This document shows positions 45,347-58,700 of a stretch of DNA of 64,000 bases, in pieces (positions within the stretch are counted from its first letter, which is position 1; each line of letters starts with the position of its first letter). The position numbers were made by a program, and so were the translations under genes. The notes under the pieces are model-generated. The model was not told the origin of the DNA. It ran no database searches and saw only the letters and a list, made by a program, of their open reading frames with translations. This stretch comes from Tubiluchus corallicola (Eukaryota; Animalia; Priapulida): NCBI GenBank assembly GCA_030141605.1, contig JAQGDQ010000195.1, positions 344,616 through 408,615 of the forward strand, read 5' to 3'.

Positions 45347-48300
45347 CTGAAAATATGAAAAACAAACATCAGAACCAGTTCACTCAACAAAATATGTGTT
45401 TTAAAGAAAAAAACTAGGCTTATACTGACAGAAAATTTGGTTAACAAGAGTACTAGTAGCTATTAATATTTAAACAACAAGCACAAACTGCCCAAAGCTA
45501 ATGATAATGTTTTATTAACATTATCCCTAATTTTTGCCTCAGTTTACATAACTGATTATTACATAATTGAATTATCCACATTTGGCAAAGAGATGTAACT
45601 ACATCAAAAAGGAATTTATTACCGACCGATTTCGAACAAAATATCTTTATATATACACGTATACATACATACAGATATATATATGTATGATGTTGATACA
45701 TACAAATATATATTACCAGTAAATTGTTAAATTATCATAGATATACTGTTATATCGTATATCTTTTGGCTATCTAACTACTTAATTGTATTTCGATGTTG
45801 TTTATAAATTGTGGTAAATTTCTTTGTTTTAGATGCCTTGACAATGAACAGTTTGTTCGAAACCGGTCGGCAATAAATTCAATTTTGATGTATTATATAA
45901 TTGTCTAAATTTTACCATATTTCATTATTATGTTAATTATTTGCTGGCTGCACTATGAATACACAACAAATTAGATAATAATAACAAGACAGAACAAATC
46001 CATCGATGTTGCTGAGCAATGTATACTACTTTAACACGGCATTATTTGATAAAAACTCTAAAACTCCATATAACTTCTATGTACAGATATTCTTTGACTT
46101 GTGACCACAATGGATTTTGGCTGATTAGTCATAAAATGAGTTAGATGCTAGTCAGACTCATATATGTTCATCGTTGTGCCCCTACATGTAAGATGTTGTG
46201 TGTGTACTCGTGTCTGGAAAGAGAAAGGTTGGACGACCAAAGAAACGCTTCAAAGACAGCCTAAAAGCCTCACTCAAGAAGCTCAGCGTGGATATCCGTT
46301 CAATGAAAACCCTTGCACAAGATCGCTCAGCATGGCGGAGTGCCATCACCTCAGGGGCTAAGACAGCAGAGGCGAAAAGAATTGAGGAGGCAGAGGAGAA
46401 GCACAGGAGACGCAAGGCATGTGACACTGCCCAACAACAGGTCGAAACACCCAGCCTCACCTGTGCCAAATGCCAAAGAAGTTTCCAGGCCAGAATTGGC
46501 CTAGTCAGTCACCTTCGAGCTCATCAAAGGAATGACAACCCCCCAAACTGACCCTTTATCCCTGTCACTATGGTCATCTTCGATTCGAAGGACGAACATC
46601 ATCACTCACACCGAGTGTGGTGGTGCCTACGGATGAAGCAGACAGTAAAGTAAAATTAATTTGCTTAGAAAGAAAGGAAATATGAGTCATTATTACTTAG
46701 TAAATTAATATGTGTGCTTGCAAACCAATACTGTCCATAAGTCGGCATAGTTAAAACTACGTTATGATGCTTCAAAGTAAAATGCACCAGAAATTTGGTC
46801 AAATCGCAATTTTTTGTTTTTTATAAAAACAAACGCTATATATATATATTCAACTTTTATATTCTAGCACCAAATTATCAAAAAAATATCAAAAATCCAA
46901 TTTTATAACCCCGTAATCACTTTACTGTCTAGAAACTACTACTGCAATTGTAAAAAATTGTATTTTCAAACTCTGATAGCAGCTCGTGGAAGCAGTCATT
47001 TTGCTTCGGGTTTTCTCTGCTGCTAAGTCCAGATCTTCATCTGGAAGAGCCATCTACTGGATTTAAACATAACTTCAATGTGTTCTTGCAAAGTCCATAG
47101 CAACCAACATTTGTGTGTGTTTTGTAGAAATGCGACAAAAAACAATGGCCAACTTTAACAGCGATTTTCTCAAGATTATGTTTTTCAGTGTGCAAGCCTG
47201 CACCTCAACTTCAACACAGATTATCTCAGCTTAGGAATAACATAGAGCGATGAACTTGGTACCAAAATGATCCACGTGAAATGCAGATTCAGAATATGTG
47301 AACACTAAGAAAAGCGTAATTGCCGACGATTTCGCCATGCAAGCACACAATAAAGTTGCGGCAGGGTAGTAAAGAAGCACAGTTTTAAGTTCCATAGGTC
47401 GAAACTTGTAAGCTGACAACTACCTGTACTACGAAACAACATGAAAATATACAGCATTGCTTGCTGTTGAATCACTATACTAAAGCTTGTAAAAGTTGTA
47501 CTTATAGAAATCATCTTACCGACAAGTATGAACATGGTGTAGAAAATTACACCAAACACACTGTTAGGCTGATTTAACCAATGGTCATGTCCTACCACAT
47601 ATTCGAACAAGCCAAATCCCTTTCCCCATCTGAAAAACAATAATCATTACTCATTAATGATGTTACTAAATGATCTTGAAACTTAATTATATGTACATAT
47701 ATATATATATAGGTGTGAATCAGAGTGCCAGGAAATCCCACAGTTTCAACATCACACAAAAGCAAGAAAAAATTACAGTAGATTTTGAATGACTCAGTAC
47801 TGTGAAAATTTAAATTTAAATAAAATGTGCCTCTACTGATCCGCACTAACATTTAAATAATTGTAAATAATACTAAACGCGAAAGTGGAACAATCCATGC
47901 AGTCATATTGTGAATGCTCCCAATGTTGAGTTGTTTAAACGAGCACTGAGTTGAATACGTTGAAAGAATTTTTATATATATTTATAAATAAATAAAAAAA
48001 TATGCTAGCACTCTTACAACTTTTGAAGAAAGAATAAAATACAGCCAGAAAATTGCTGAAAATGAAAGGAAAGACTGCACCAACTCTCTGAATTTTAGAG
48101 ATAATTTATAGTGTTACTTAGATATTTTGGCTGCAGTGTATTGCAGGAATACCGTAGCACGTATTTTGTTTTTCACAGTACAAAGTTTTTCTGAATACAA
48201 TCCTACGGCTGTTGAACTTTACCACAACAAATGCAATTAAATTTTTCGTTCAATTCAATTCAGTTTATCTGCACAAATACCTTTCTACTACATTTGCAAT

Positions 48301-48600
48301 ACATTTATAATGATACAAAAAATACAAATTTGACAAACTACACCAACGTATTCTAGTACTGTGATACATTTTATAAATGTTACTGTGATTCAATACACGA
48401 CGAAACTTTTACCTGGATGTTAAAACTTTAGAGCAACTAAAATTTGGACTAAAATCACAAAGAGCCTCGTATGAAGCATCGTTACTTTTTACTACTTCCA
48501 CGTAATATGCATACAGTGACACTGCTACGCCTAAAATACTGCAAATAATATTTAAAACACGATACTTCATAAATACGTGTTTCACACTAGCTACAACCAT
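45141..48600 (-). CDS. VKORC1: Vitamin K epoxide reductase complex subunit 1 family protein, 3 exons, 167 aa
   Basis: Exons 48600-48413, 47629-47520, 45346-45141. Loop cysteines [34 protein letters not shown], active-site CIVC, TYAIN motif, C-terminal KMKLS (KxKxx ER-retrieval type). VKORC1 versus VKORC1L1 orthology cannot be resolved. Confidence 0.95.
45560..45945. mobile_element. Penelope-like element remnant (inverted partial pLTR plus pLTR)
   Basis: 45601-45640 is the reverse complement of 45852-45891 (tttgttcgaaa[c/t]cggtcgg[c/t]aataaattc...ttgatgt); carries the hammerhead. Confidence 0.6.
45834..45872 (+). ncRNA. Minimal type I hammerhead ribozyme (Penelope-like element type, U3-A8 variant)
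   Basis: tgcc-TTGACAA-t-gaaca/gtt/tgttc-GAAA-ccg-GTC-ggca: stem I tgcc/ggca, stem II gaaca/tgttc, palindromic ACCGGT stem III, GUC cleavage triplet, followed by AATAAA. Confidence 0.72.
46190..46605 (+). mobile_element. RTE-clade LINE 3' fragment
   Basis: [22 protein letters not shown]...[12 protein letters not shown]...[21 protein letters not shown] (RTE ORF2 C-terminus) followed by tail atggtcatcttcgattcgaaggacgaacatcatca. Confidence 0.88.
46714..47346 (-). mobile_element. Same MITE family, copy 3 (inverted)
   Basis: gtgcttgcaaaccaatactgtccataagtcggc ... gccgacgatttcgccatgcaagcac. Confidence 0.78.
47520..47629 (-). CDS. VKORC1: VKOR exon 2
   Basis: [10 protein letters not shown]...MFILV; 110 nt, GT-AG. 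Confidence 0.93.
48413..48600 (-). CDS. VKORC1: VKOR exon 1
   Basis: [10 protein letters not shown]...CSKVLTSR; AG|gtaaaa donor. Confidence 0.9.
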
Positions 48601-49554
48601 ATTTGCCTCGCGAATTACCCAGGGAAAAAGGCACCGAAAATTGGACTCAACCTACAAACTATACAAAGTATACATCTTTATACACTTTACAACCTACGTC
48701 GATTTAGTTTGTTTGTTGTTCAGCCGATTTTGTGCAAACGCTACAAAATCGCATTGATGTTTACATTTTAACCGAAAATACATTAAACATAAAAATCAGA
48801 TTAGGTATTTGGTAATCGGAACCAGGCAGTTGATGAAACAGGACTGTCTATGCAAATTTCATAAACACAACCCCATGTCTATTGTCACGACATTTTCGTT
48901 GTCCACTGAATCATGCGTCCGGGGATGTGATGGTGTTCACTTCCTTATGCCAGGACTTCACAGTCTACTCTCTTTGCATGTACCAAATACGTGCCTTGCT
49001 CTCTAGTACTCAGTATTGAACTGTTTATATCTTTCTGTGCAAAATCTAAGTGTTAACATCATTTTGTCTTCCTAGTGGGTTTCTGGCTGGCCCTATTGCT
49101 TGTTGGAGAGCTATCTTCACTGAACCAAAATAGGTAGTCCAAATATATGTTAATGGCACTTTCTATTTTTTCATATAAGCATTTATGTGAGATTACATGT
49201 GGCCAGCTCGTATCCAAAATGTTTTATCACTTTTGAAACACATCTATTTGAGCTTCACAAGTGCTGATTAGTTGAAGTTTTTCTCTCTGTTTTTTGCGTG
49301 TTATAATGTTTCTTAAAAGTTTAAATTAGAAGGACCTGTTTCTGTGACATATGCTTTAAGTGGTAGCTTTTGTTGTACTACTCAGTTCGTCTCATTGAGG
49401 CTTTTGGTACACTACAACCAGCTGTTGCTTAACATAGCACAAAGCATTTGCATGTTTGACCTGCAATTTAAGTATTTACCTCCTAAATAATCAATGATTG
49501 ACTAACCCATGCTTAAGTGATACCATTCAATTCGTGTCATCGAGAACTTTTATT

Positions 49555-49963
49555 GATGGTGAGCATCGAGTGTTCCAATTGGATTCAAACATTCAAATTC
49601 GATTCGAACGAGTTTTTTAATTCGAATTCGATTCGAATCTAAAATTATAGATTCGAATTATTCAGCATTTCATCCACGTATGTTCTTTATTGTTAGAATG
49701 TTTGAAACAGCATGCAATTAACACAATTTAGCTGCTGGTTCTGTGCAACATTTTTAATAATAGTTGTTTTTGGCTGCAGAACAAAAACAAGTACTATTCT
49801 ATGCATGATCTTTGTAAAACAATCTTTTACTAGTGGTGCATAAACTTGTTCGAAAATCTTTCAATCTCAATTCGAATTCAATTCGGATTCTAAATATTGA
49901 AATACAGTTTGATTCAAATTCGGTTCGATTCGAATTCGCTTTTATTTGGAGAATGCTCACCCG
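49555..49963. mobile_element. hAT-like MITE (ggtgagcat TIR, ttcgaa repeats), copy A
   Basis: ggtgagcat...atgctcacc; similar to 52915-53241. Confidence 0.72.
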
Positions 49964-50443
49964 TGCCTTCAATTTGATGTACTGCAAGATACTAAAACTG
50001 GAATTTAATTACTTTAGTCTGTGACCTCCAGTTCAAGTCTCAACCATCTGGGTTTGGTTAACACAACACTCAATTAGACATACCCTGATACATTTCATTT
50101 GATTTATAACAAACCTGCTATTAAAGCATTTGATATACTACAATCTGCTTGAGACTGAAAGCATTTGTCTCCCAGATCTTCACTTTCGGTTTTTCCCCAT
50201 AGCTAAGCCAGAGGTCAGGCCATATGGACATAATTCATGCCATCCAATTTTCCTCATGGAGGCCTTTCATTTGTTTAATCATGCACTGCTGTCATTCGAT
50301 GTTGAAAGCATTAATGTCCGCAAAAAATGCTTTGTCTAAATCGGCGGCGCCTGTGAGAATTTTTATTAAATTTTTGAAATTGGAATTTGAGCCGAAAAAT
50401 TAAAAGATCTGAAGAATTCCCGTAACAAAACCACGTTGAATAA

Positions 50444-51592
<1,149 letters not shown>

Positions 51593-51774
51593 TTACATTT
51601 TTCTGTGTAATAATTATATTTGTGTTTTAGTTGTAACTCCTCAGTGTACTTGTGAGCTGTTTCAAAATATTCGTTCACAAATCAGTAAGAAGCATTTGGC
51701 TTGCAGGTGTTTAGAAAGGCTGGTGAATGTTTGAAAGGTAACCACCAAAGACATGAACTCACAACTTGTAACCT

Positions 51775-52315
51775 TTGTTGGCATTCTTCTGTCTCGGAAG
51801 ACAATGGAGTGTGCGCCAAGAGATTTGGTTATTGATCACATTGATGGGGCTGCAGCGTTGACTGTGGCTGAGCAGTGCGATCCTTGAACGTCTCCAGGGG
51901 GCACGCCTGGGCAAGGTGTATGGAGATCCTCAGTTGTCCAGACAATGGGAACCCCCTCTCTTCCTCCCTGGTGTAGTCCAAAGGAAAGCGGAGCGATACG
52001 TTTGGCACCAGGTTAGCTGCCGGAGTCAGTGAGCATGCTGCACTGGTCCGCCTTCGGGGCTATACTCCTGATTTGGAAGGTTTACTCCTCTACACATGGC
52101 CGTTGGGTCACTTGACCTCCTCTGCCCTCTGGCCGTTGGCTGCTTGTACAGCTCGTCCGCCTAGTGTCGAGATACAGTGTGGGCATCCCGCAAGCCGCAG
52201 CACTTGGTATTCCTAGGCGGTCACCCATCCAAGTACTAACCAGGCTCTAGGTTGCTTAACTACGGTGATCAGAAGAGAACCGGTGTTTTCAACCTGATTT
52301 GGCCGTAGTTCCTAG
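51775..52315 (-). mobile_element. Full-length 5S rRNA-derived SINE (SINE3) with RTE-like body and tail
   Basis: 12-bp TSD aacttgtaacct at 51763-51774 and 52316-52327; 5S-like head 52310-52192; tail ...cactccattgtcttccgagacagaagaatgccaacaa. Confidence 0.88.
52192..52310 (-). pseudogene. 5S rRNA-like head of the SINE (not a true rDNA unit)
   Basis: Reverse complement aactacggccaaatcaggttgaaaacaccggttctcttctgatcaccgtagttaagcaacctagagcctggttagtacttggatgggtgaccgcctaggaataccaagtgctgcggctt is a 119-nt 5S-like sequence with box A and box C and no oligo-T terminator. Confidence 0.88.
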
Positions 52316-52914
52316 AACTTGTAACCTAGAAGCAAATGATCATAAATCTTTACAAATTTACAAATAAATCTTTACAGTTTAAAAATAGATCTTTACTTAA
52401 CAGTTCTGATAGTAACCACCATAAACTTGTTTTGGATTTTTTTTGTAAATTGGAACACTTGCTAGTTATTTTGCCATGCAAAAGTTTTAATTAATGCACC
52501 ATTTTAAAAATATATGGAAAAGAAAAATCTGCCCAATGTTTCTTTTATAATTTGTCAAGGTGATGGACAAATGATGCACAGAAGGCAGAAAATACTGCAG
52601 TTTCAGACAAATGGGAAAACTTGGTATGTTAGGTTAGTCATCAGTTTTAGGCTCTCGTTACAAAACGGTTCATTTAGACTGGAACAAATTTAGTAAAATT
52701 AATGACCTCTTATCCGGAGTTTTATAACTGTTAACATCTGTAGAGCTTTTGTTTTATACTAACTTCATATCAACTTTAAGATTTGTGTACAACATACACA
52801 TACAAAAATTAATATAAAGGTTTTGTGCGTGTTATGACTAATAACTGGTAGGCTAAAATAGTAGAATTGTTGCACATGCAGTTAACATCTATATAGCCGC
52901 AGTTAACATCTATA

Positions 52915-53241
52915 CAGGCGTGAGCATCGAACGTTCGAATTCGATTCGAATGAGTTTTTTAAGTTCGAATTCGATTCGAACCTGAAACTATAGATTTGAA
53001 TAATTCATCACTCCAGCCACACACGTTCTTTATCAATAAAATGTTTGGAACAGCATGCAAATAGCCGAATTTCGCTGCAGTTTCTGTGCAAAATTTTAAA
53101 CAAACTAATGGCGGTTTTACTGCAGAACAAAATCAAGTAATATGCATGATCTTTGTAAGACCACTTTTTACTTGTGGTTCGAAAATCTTTCAAACTAAAT
53201 TCGATTCGAATTCACTCTCTGGTAGAGAATGCTCACCCCTA
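52915..53241. mobile_element. hAT-like MITE, copy B
   Basis: gtgagcatcgaacgttcgaattcgattcgaa...gaatgctcacccta; colinear with the 49555 copy. Confidence 0.72.
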
Positions 53242-54159
53242 ATAGCCGCTATATGCAATGTTCATGTCGTTTACTGATGATGCCTCTGTTATATATGCAA
53301 AGTGTCCACAGGATATGAAAATTGACTGCTAGTCAGTTGGGCAATCTACCTTGTGACAAAAGAGAGCAATGTACTGAAACTGAAACAAGATATGTTTAGC
53401 ATAGCGTTGATTATTATTTGTGTGGCTGTCGCAAGAGAATTGTCAAAAATGTGAATAAAATTGTTATTTTTATGTACATTTTTATGGTATATAGAATAGC
53501 TTTCAGATTTTCCTTTATTCTTTATTAATTATGTTTTGAAATTAGTCATCTAATTGATTGGGCGAATTCTTTTGCTATAATAGCTATGACTCTTGTTTAA
53601 ATGAATTTCAAAGGATTTTTGTGTTAATGTAATTATGCTACAATTTGACTGGATTGATGATTTGATGCTCATATAGTCATAGAGCATACATAGATGGAGA
53701 TACTTGAAGATACAGAGAACACGAGAGAAGATTATTTATTCGGTTGACCATTTAAAATTGAAAAATTGTAATGCTGATTAAGTGCTATTGTCGTTGCAGT
53801 TATTTTCGCTCACATGCCCATAACAAGTGTTTTATTTTACTTTACTTTATTAATACAATGATAAAAGCCTTATTCACTGTCATAAGTAAATTAACATAAA
53901 ATTGTACCAATTCTGTCTTAGGCACTACGGCAATAATATTACAGACTTTATGTTCCGTTCTGAAGTTGCCAAAATTATCACACATTTAGACGTTTACAGA
54001 ATATTCATAAGCTGTGTCATATAATCAACATTACATCATTTTTGTGTTACATCTTTAGCAAAGTAATTCCCGCAAACAACGCCTTAGCAGACACGTACAC
54101 TTTGGGACAAGTTTGGGTTATGAGACTGTGTTATATAAAACAACATATTATATAACAAA

Positions 54160-55602
54160 CAACTAGGCTTTAGACAAAACCACTCCACTTACATGGCTCT
54201 ACTTGAACTTCTTGATTTAATATCAAATGCAATTGGCAATAATGAATTTAGAATTGGTGTTTTTATTGATTTATCCAAGGCCTTTGATACTATTGACCAT
54301 CAAATACTCTTAGATAAATTAAACAACTATGGTGTCAGAGGTCTACCTTTACAGTGGTTTGCAAGTTATTTACACAACAGAAAACAATCCGTACTAATTG
54401 AGAACACATTTTCTGCTTTGAAGCAAATCAACTATGATGTCCCCCAAGGCTCAATCTCAGGTCCATTGCTTTTTCTTCTATATATTAATGATCTCCACAA
54501 TGTCTCCACTCTGCTAGACTTCATTTTATTTGCCAATGATAGTAACATATTCATCAATGATAAATACTGTAAACCAAGAACTTGTACACCTCTCCACCTG
54601 GTTTAAAGCTAATAAGTTATCACTGAATATTGAAAAACCAAATTTATTGTATTTGTTGTACACAAATAAAAATAAAAGAATCCCTAGTAATCTTACAGTA
54701 AAAAAGTTCTTAGGCTTCATCATAGATGAACATCTAAGTTGGCAAGAACATCTTAGATTTATCGAAAGCAGTATCTCAAAACCATAGGTATTATATACAG
54801 AGTTAGACACAGATTGCCTAAATCAGTACTTGTATTATTATATAATTCTCTTTTTTTACCATATCTTAATAATTCAAACATTATTTGGGGAAGCACATAC
54901 ACCAATCGATTGAAAAAAAATCATCTGTTGCAGGAGAAAATAGTGCGAGCTATAATATTTGCGGTTATCAGAACCATACACCACCACTATTTAAAAGACT
55001 AAACTTTCTAAACATTTATGACATTAATAAGTTCCAAACTGTCATTTTCATGTACAAATTCTCTCATAAATTATTGCCTTCCTTATTTACTGATTATTTT
55101 TGTTTGAATGCTGAGATACATAATTACGGCACACGTTATAGACTTAACTATCACTACATACAGTGCAACACAGACGTTAGAAAATTTTCTATTAAATACA
55201 ATGGCCCTTACATATGGAATTCAATTGCTCCAGCTATTAAAAATGCCAACTCGCTGTCCATATTAAAAAAATATATAAATTAAACTTACTTGAAACATAT
55301 AACTGATCACTCAATCATGATTTGTGGTTTTTCATTTTCAAAAACTTCCCCTCTAGTATAATAATATTTTTATTACTTCCCACCGGTATTTATATAGATA
55401 GTACTATTGTTTCTGTATATATTGTAATTTTTTTCGTAACTAATTTTAGTGGCCTACCATAAGCTAGCTTCTTAGGTCTCTAGCGCAGAATTCATGAATT
55501 GTATCATATTTTTGTATTAACAAAAACTGATTATCGATGCACATGTAATGTATATGTATATGTTTATTGCGAAATAAATCTATTAAATCTAATCTAATCT
55601 AA
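54160..55602 (+). mobile_element. 5'-truncated CR1/L2-group LINE, disrupted reverse transcriptase
   Basis: GVFIDLSKAFDTIDHQILLDKL, VPQGSISGPLLFLLYINDL, FAND in place of FADD, several frameshifts; ends aataaa...(ctaat)n. Confidence 0.9.
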
Positions 55603-55711
55603 GTGTGTGACGCGTGTGCCGCGTGGAACGAGTAAAAGATTATGATAACGCTCTGCGCGTTCAAGATTTCACGGTTTGCGGGCGCTCATGTGTAAAAGAA
55701 TCACGATTATC

Positions 55712-58700
55712 ATGTTTGGCGGTTCAGGTAAAATGTTCATTAAAATAATAAAATTGTTGGTTTTTAAGCCGGCCAGGTTACCTGTTAATTTTCATAAACT
55801 GTAATACTTTGTCCTATTTACGGTACCTTATACCTTGTCTGGTAGTAATGCTATAATACAACGATCGCATTTTACTGTACTTCGTGCAATTTTACCGCAT
55901 TACTTCGTTAGTTTCAGTTTGGATGTTGTTATTTGTTGTTAATGTACGGACAGCAAAAAGGGTAGAAAGTCGTTTATAAGCAACATTTTCAGAATTGATG
56001 AGAAGTTTTAAATACCAGCTTAATGATACATCCACACGGCAAAACTGTATTGCCTATATATTGAACTTTTTCAGTTGTCACATCCATTGTTTCTTCCAGA
56101 TGTGATTTGCTGAACACCATAATTGTGTTTATACACCAATGTCATTGTCTTGCTTGGTGTACTGTTCTTCGTGTAGTTTAACAAGTTTTTCTGACAGTGA
56201 TGGTGCACTTGGTGGCTGTTCGCGGGTGAACTTATTTTATTGTAGCATCCATTCTGGTTGGAGTGAATCTTGATACTTGACTGGATGATTCACCCACATC
56301 TTGTCAAGTGTCCAGTTTGAATGGGTTTGTGTCTTTAGTACTCTACAGTTTAGTGAGTTCGACTGTTCTAAAGCGTAAACATTTAAAGGGCTTCTCACCC
56401 ATGTGTCTTCTTTTATGACATTTTAGGTTACTAGCCTGTATAAATTCAGCTTTACACTCACTGCACAAAAACTGTTTCTCATCCATGTGAGTTTTTTTGT
56501 GCCTGGTCAATTTTGAAGTACAAGTAAAAGTGGCCTCACATTCACTACATTTAAAAGGTTTCTTGGCAGTGTGCACTTTATTACCGTCTTTCTCCACCCC
56601 GTCTTTCTCGTTAACTACTACTTTGTCACCAACACTTTGTTGTGTATTGTATTTTGTATGAGACAAAAAAATTCAATGAAAAGCTGAATCTGTTTCTGTT
56701 TTTACATCTGGGTTTCATCATCTTCATTTAGCATTAAGAATTGTGTGTTTTGGTGGATTTAGCTTGGCACAGTTTTTCAGTATCTGGTAGAACATTATTT
56801 TATCAAGCCAAAAAAATGTTTCTGTTTGCCAACTGACTATACCATGTTATTTGCGACTCAATTCATTTTTCATGCTTTTCAAAATAAAACAGGTTCACAT
56901 TTTATGCAGCCACATCTGTTATGCAAACAAAATGATAAGCGGTCGCCCAGGCAAACTTGTAACTTGATACAACTGACTGCTGTGCACATTGTGTGACTCA
57001 TAATGAAACATTCTCGTATAGAGATTTGTTCATGACAAAGGCGTCTGTAACAAATAACAAATCTATACGGAATTTTTTTCTACTAACGATACGTAACAAA
57101 CCGATAATTCGTTGCCCGGCTGTTTCCAATTTTCCATGCATCCCTATTTCAGCTTCAATTACCTTGTCACGGATTCCTGTGATTGAGTTCAACTCTGCTG
57201 CTAGACTTTTTATTTACCTTAGGTTATTTTTTCCTTTCAACAGTTTTTTTAGTTATGTGCTGATTTGCGCGTCATATATCTAGCATTATTACTCTGTGCT
57301 TATTGTATTAACTATGTGATAAAGTGATTAATTATATATGATTGGTTGTTCTTCTGTGTTCTATTTAATGTTAGTGCTGTGATAAAGAGTAATAATGTAA
57401 ACACGCCAAATCATGTAAGTTACAATAAATTATTATTTGAGTGGCCACTCTTAATTAAATAGTTGTGCGGTTTTTCTTACAAAGTCATGAATTAATCTAA
57501 ATTACATATTTCAATAACAGTAAAACATTTTTATTAACAACTCGTAGTCCTAAGTCTTGTGCATCTTTTTCTATAAAAACAACCAATTAGACTATATATA
57601 TATATTTCCACGCATTTGTTTGAATTGTAACCAACGATAAATTTAAAACCAGGCCGATGTATCTCCCACAAACTTGTGAAAAAAAGAGCATTTTTCACAT
57701 GGTGCCTCACACAGGTTTTGCTCAAATTAAATCCGTAAATTTTTAAATTTCACTTTAAATTACCCGTCCATTTACTATTCTAACATTATTGTGAAAAATT
57801 AGCTGTCAAATGAAGTACAATGGGCGGATTGTATTAGTTATTGTATTATGAAGCATGTCATACAGCAACTCTTTTATTTGGATAATTTGACTTCATCAAC
57901 GTTTTTTTTACCTATACTGTTTCTTTTTTTTTCAATAATATTGTATGTTGATGTATTGTATATGTATTGCTGGAGTGAAATAAATTGATTGATTGATTGA
58001 TTGATTGATTGTTAGAAACTATGAAGCATGTTATGCCTAACCCTTTAACCTGGGTTTTAAACTGTAAACTGTACACACATGAAGATGAGTCTTTAAGCAA
58101 TTGGGCAGTTGACATCTAATTTTATACCAGACAAAATTAAAACTTATTTTTGTGTTAAGTAAGTGAATGTTTGTCAACAGCAGGCACTGTAATCGTGATT
58201 TTTCCGGATAACTGAGAAATATCTTCTGACTTTCGAAGTCGAGTAATCGTAGTCTCACTTTTAAAAGCGATATGCAGTAGTGGTAGGGCGTTGGTTTCAT
58301 TGGATATTAATTTATGAAATTCGTTTAATAATTGGCTTCAGGCCTTGTTTACTTATGTATACAACTTTGTTTACTTGTGTGTACATTTCTATGTAGCTTG
58401 CAGACAGCCTTGGTGGTGTCCATATTTTTTATTTTCACCATTGTACAAACTAAAATATAATTGATACTTCATTTTGCATGCAATGTGCAAATTGTGCAAA
58501 TGTACTTCACGTTTTTTTGATGTGCAATCTGTGCCTGATCTTTGTTGTGCCATTTTCTGTGGAGCCGCGTGGGTAGGAAATGTCGTTCTCTGCTATTTTA
58601 CAAGAAAGCGTGTGCTCACGTAAAACTACATGCTCATGCTCATGACAATCTTGATGTCTGAATAGCGTCGCCAGTGCAGTTTTCTCGTAAAGGTAGTGCC

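Noticed and set aside
52192-52310. Functional 5S rRNA gene
   Set aside because: Single copy, several substitutions, no oligo-T terminator, and it lies inside a TSD-flanked element.
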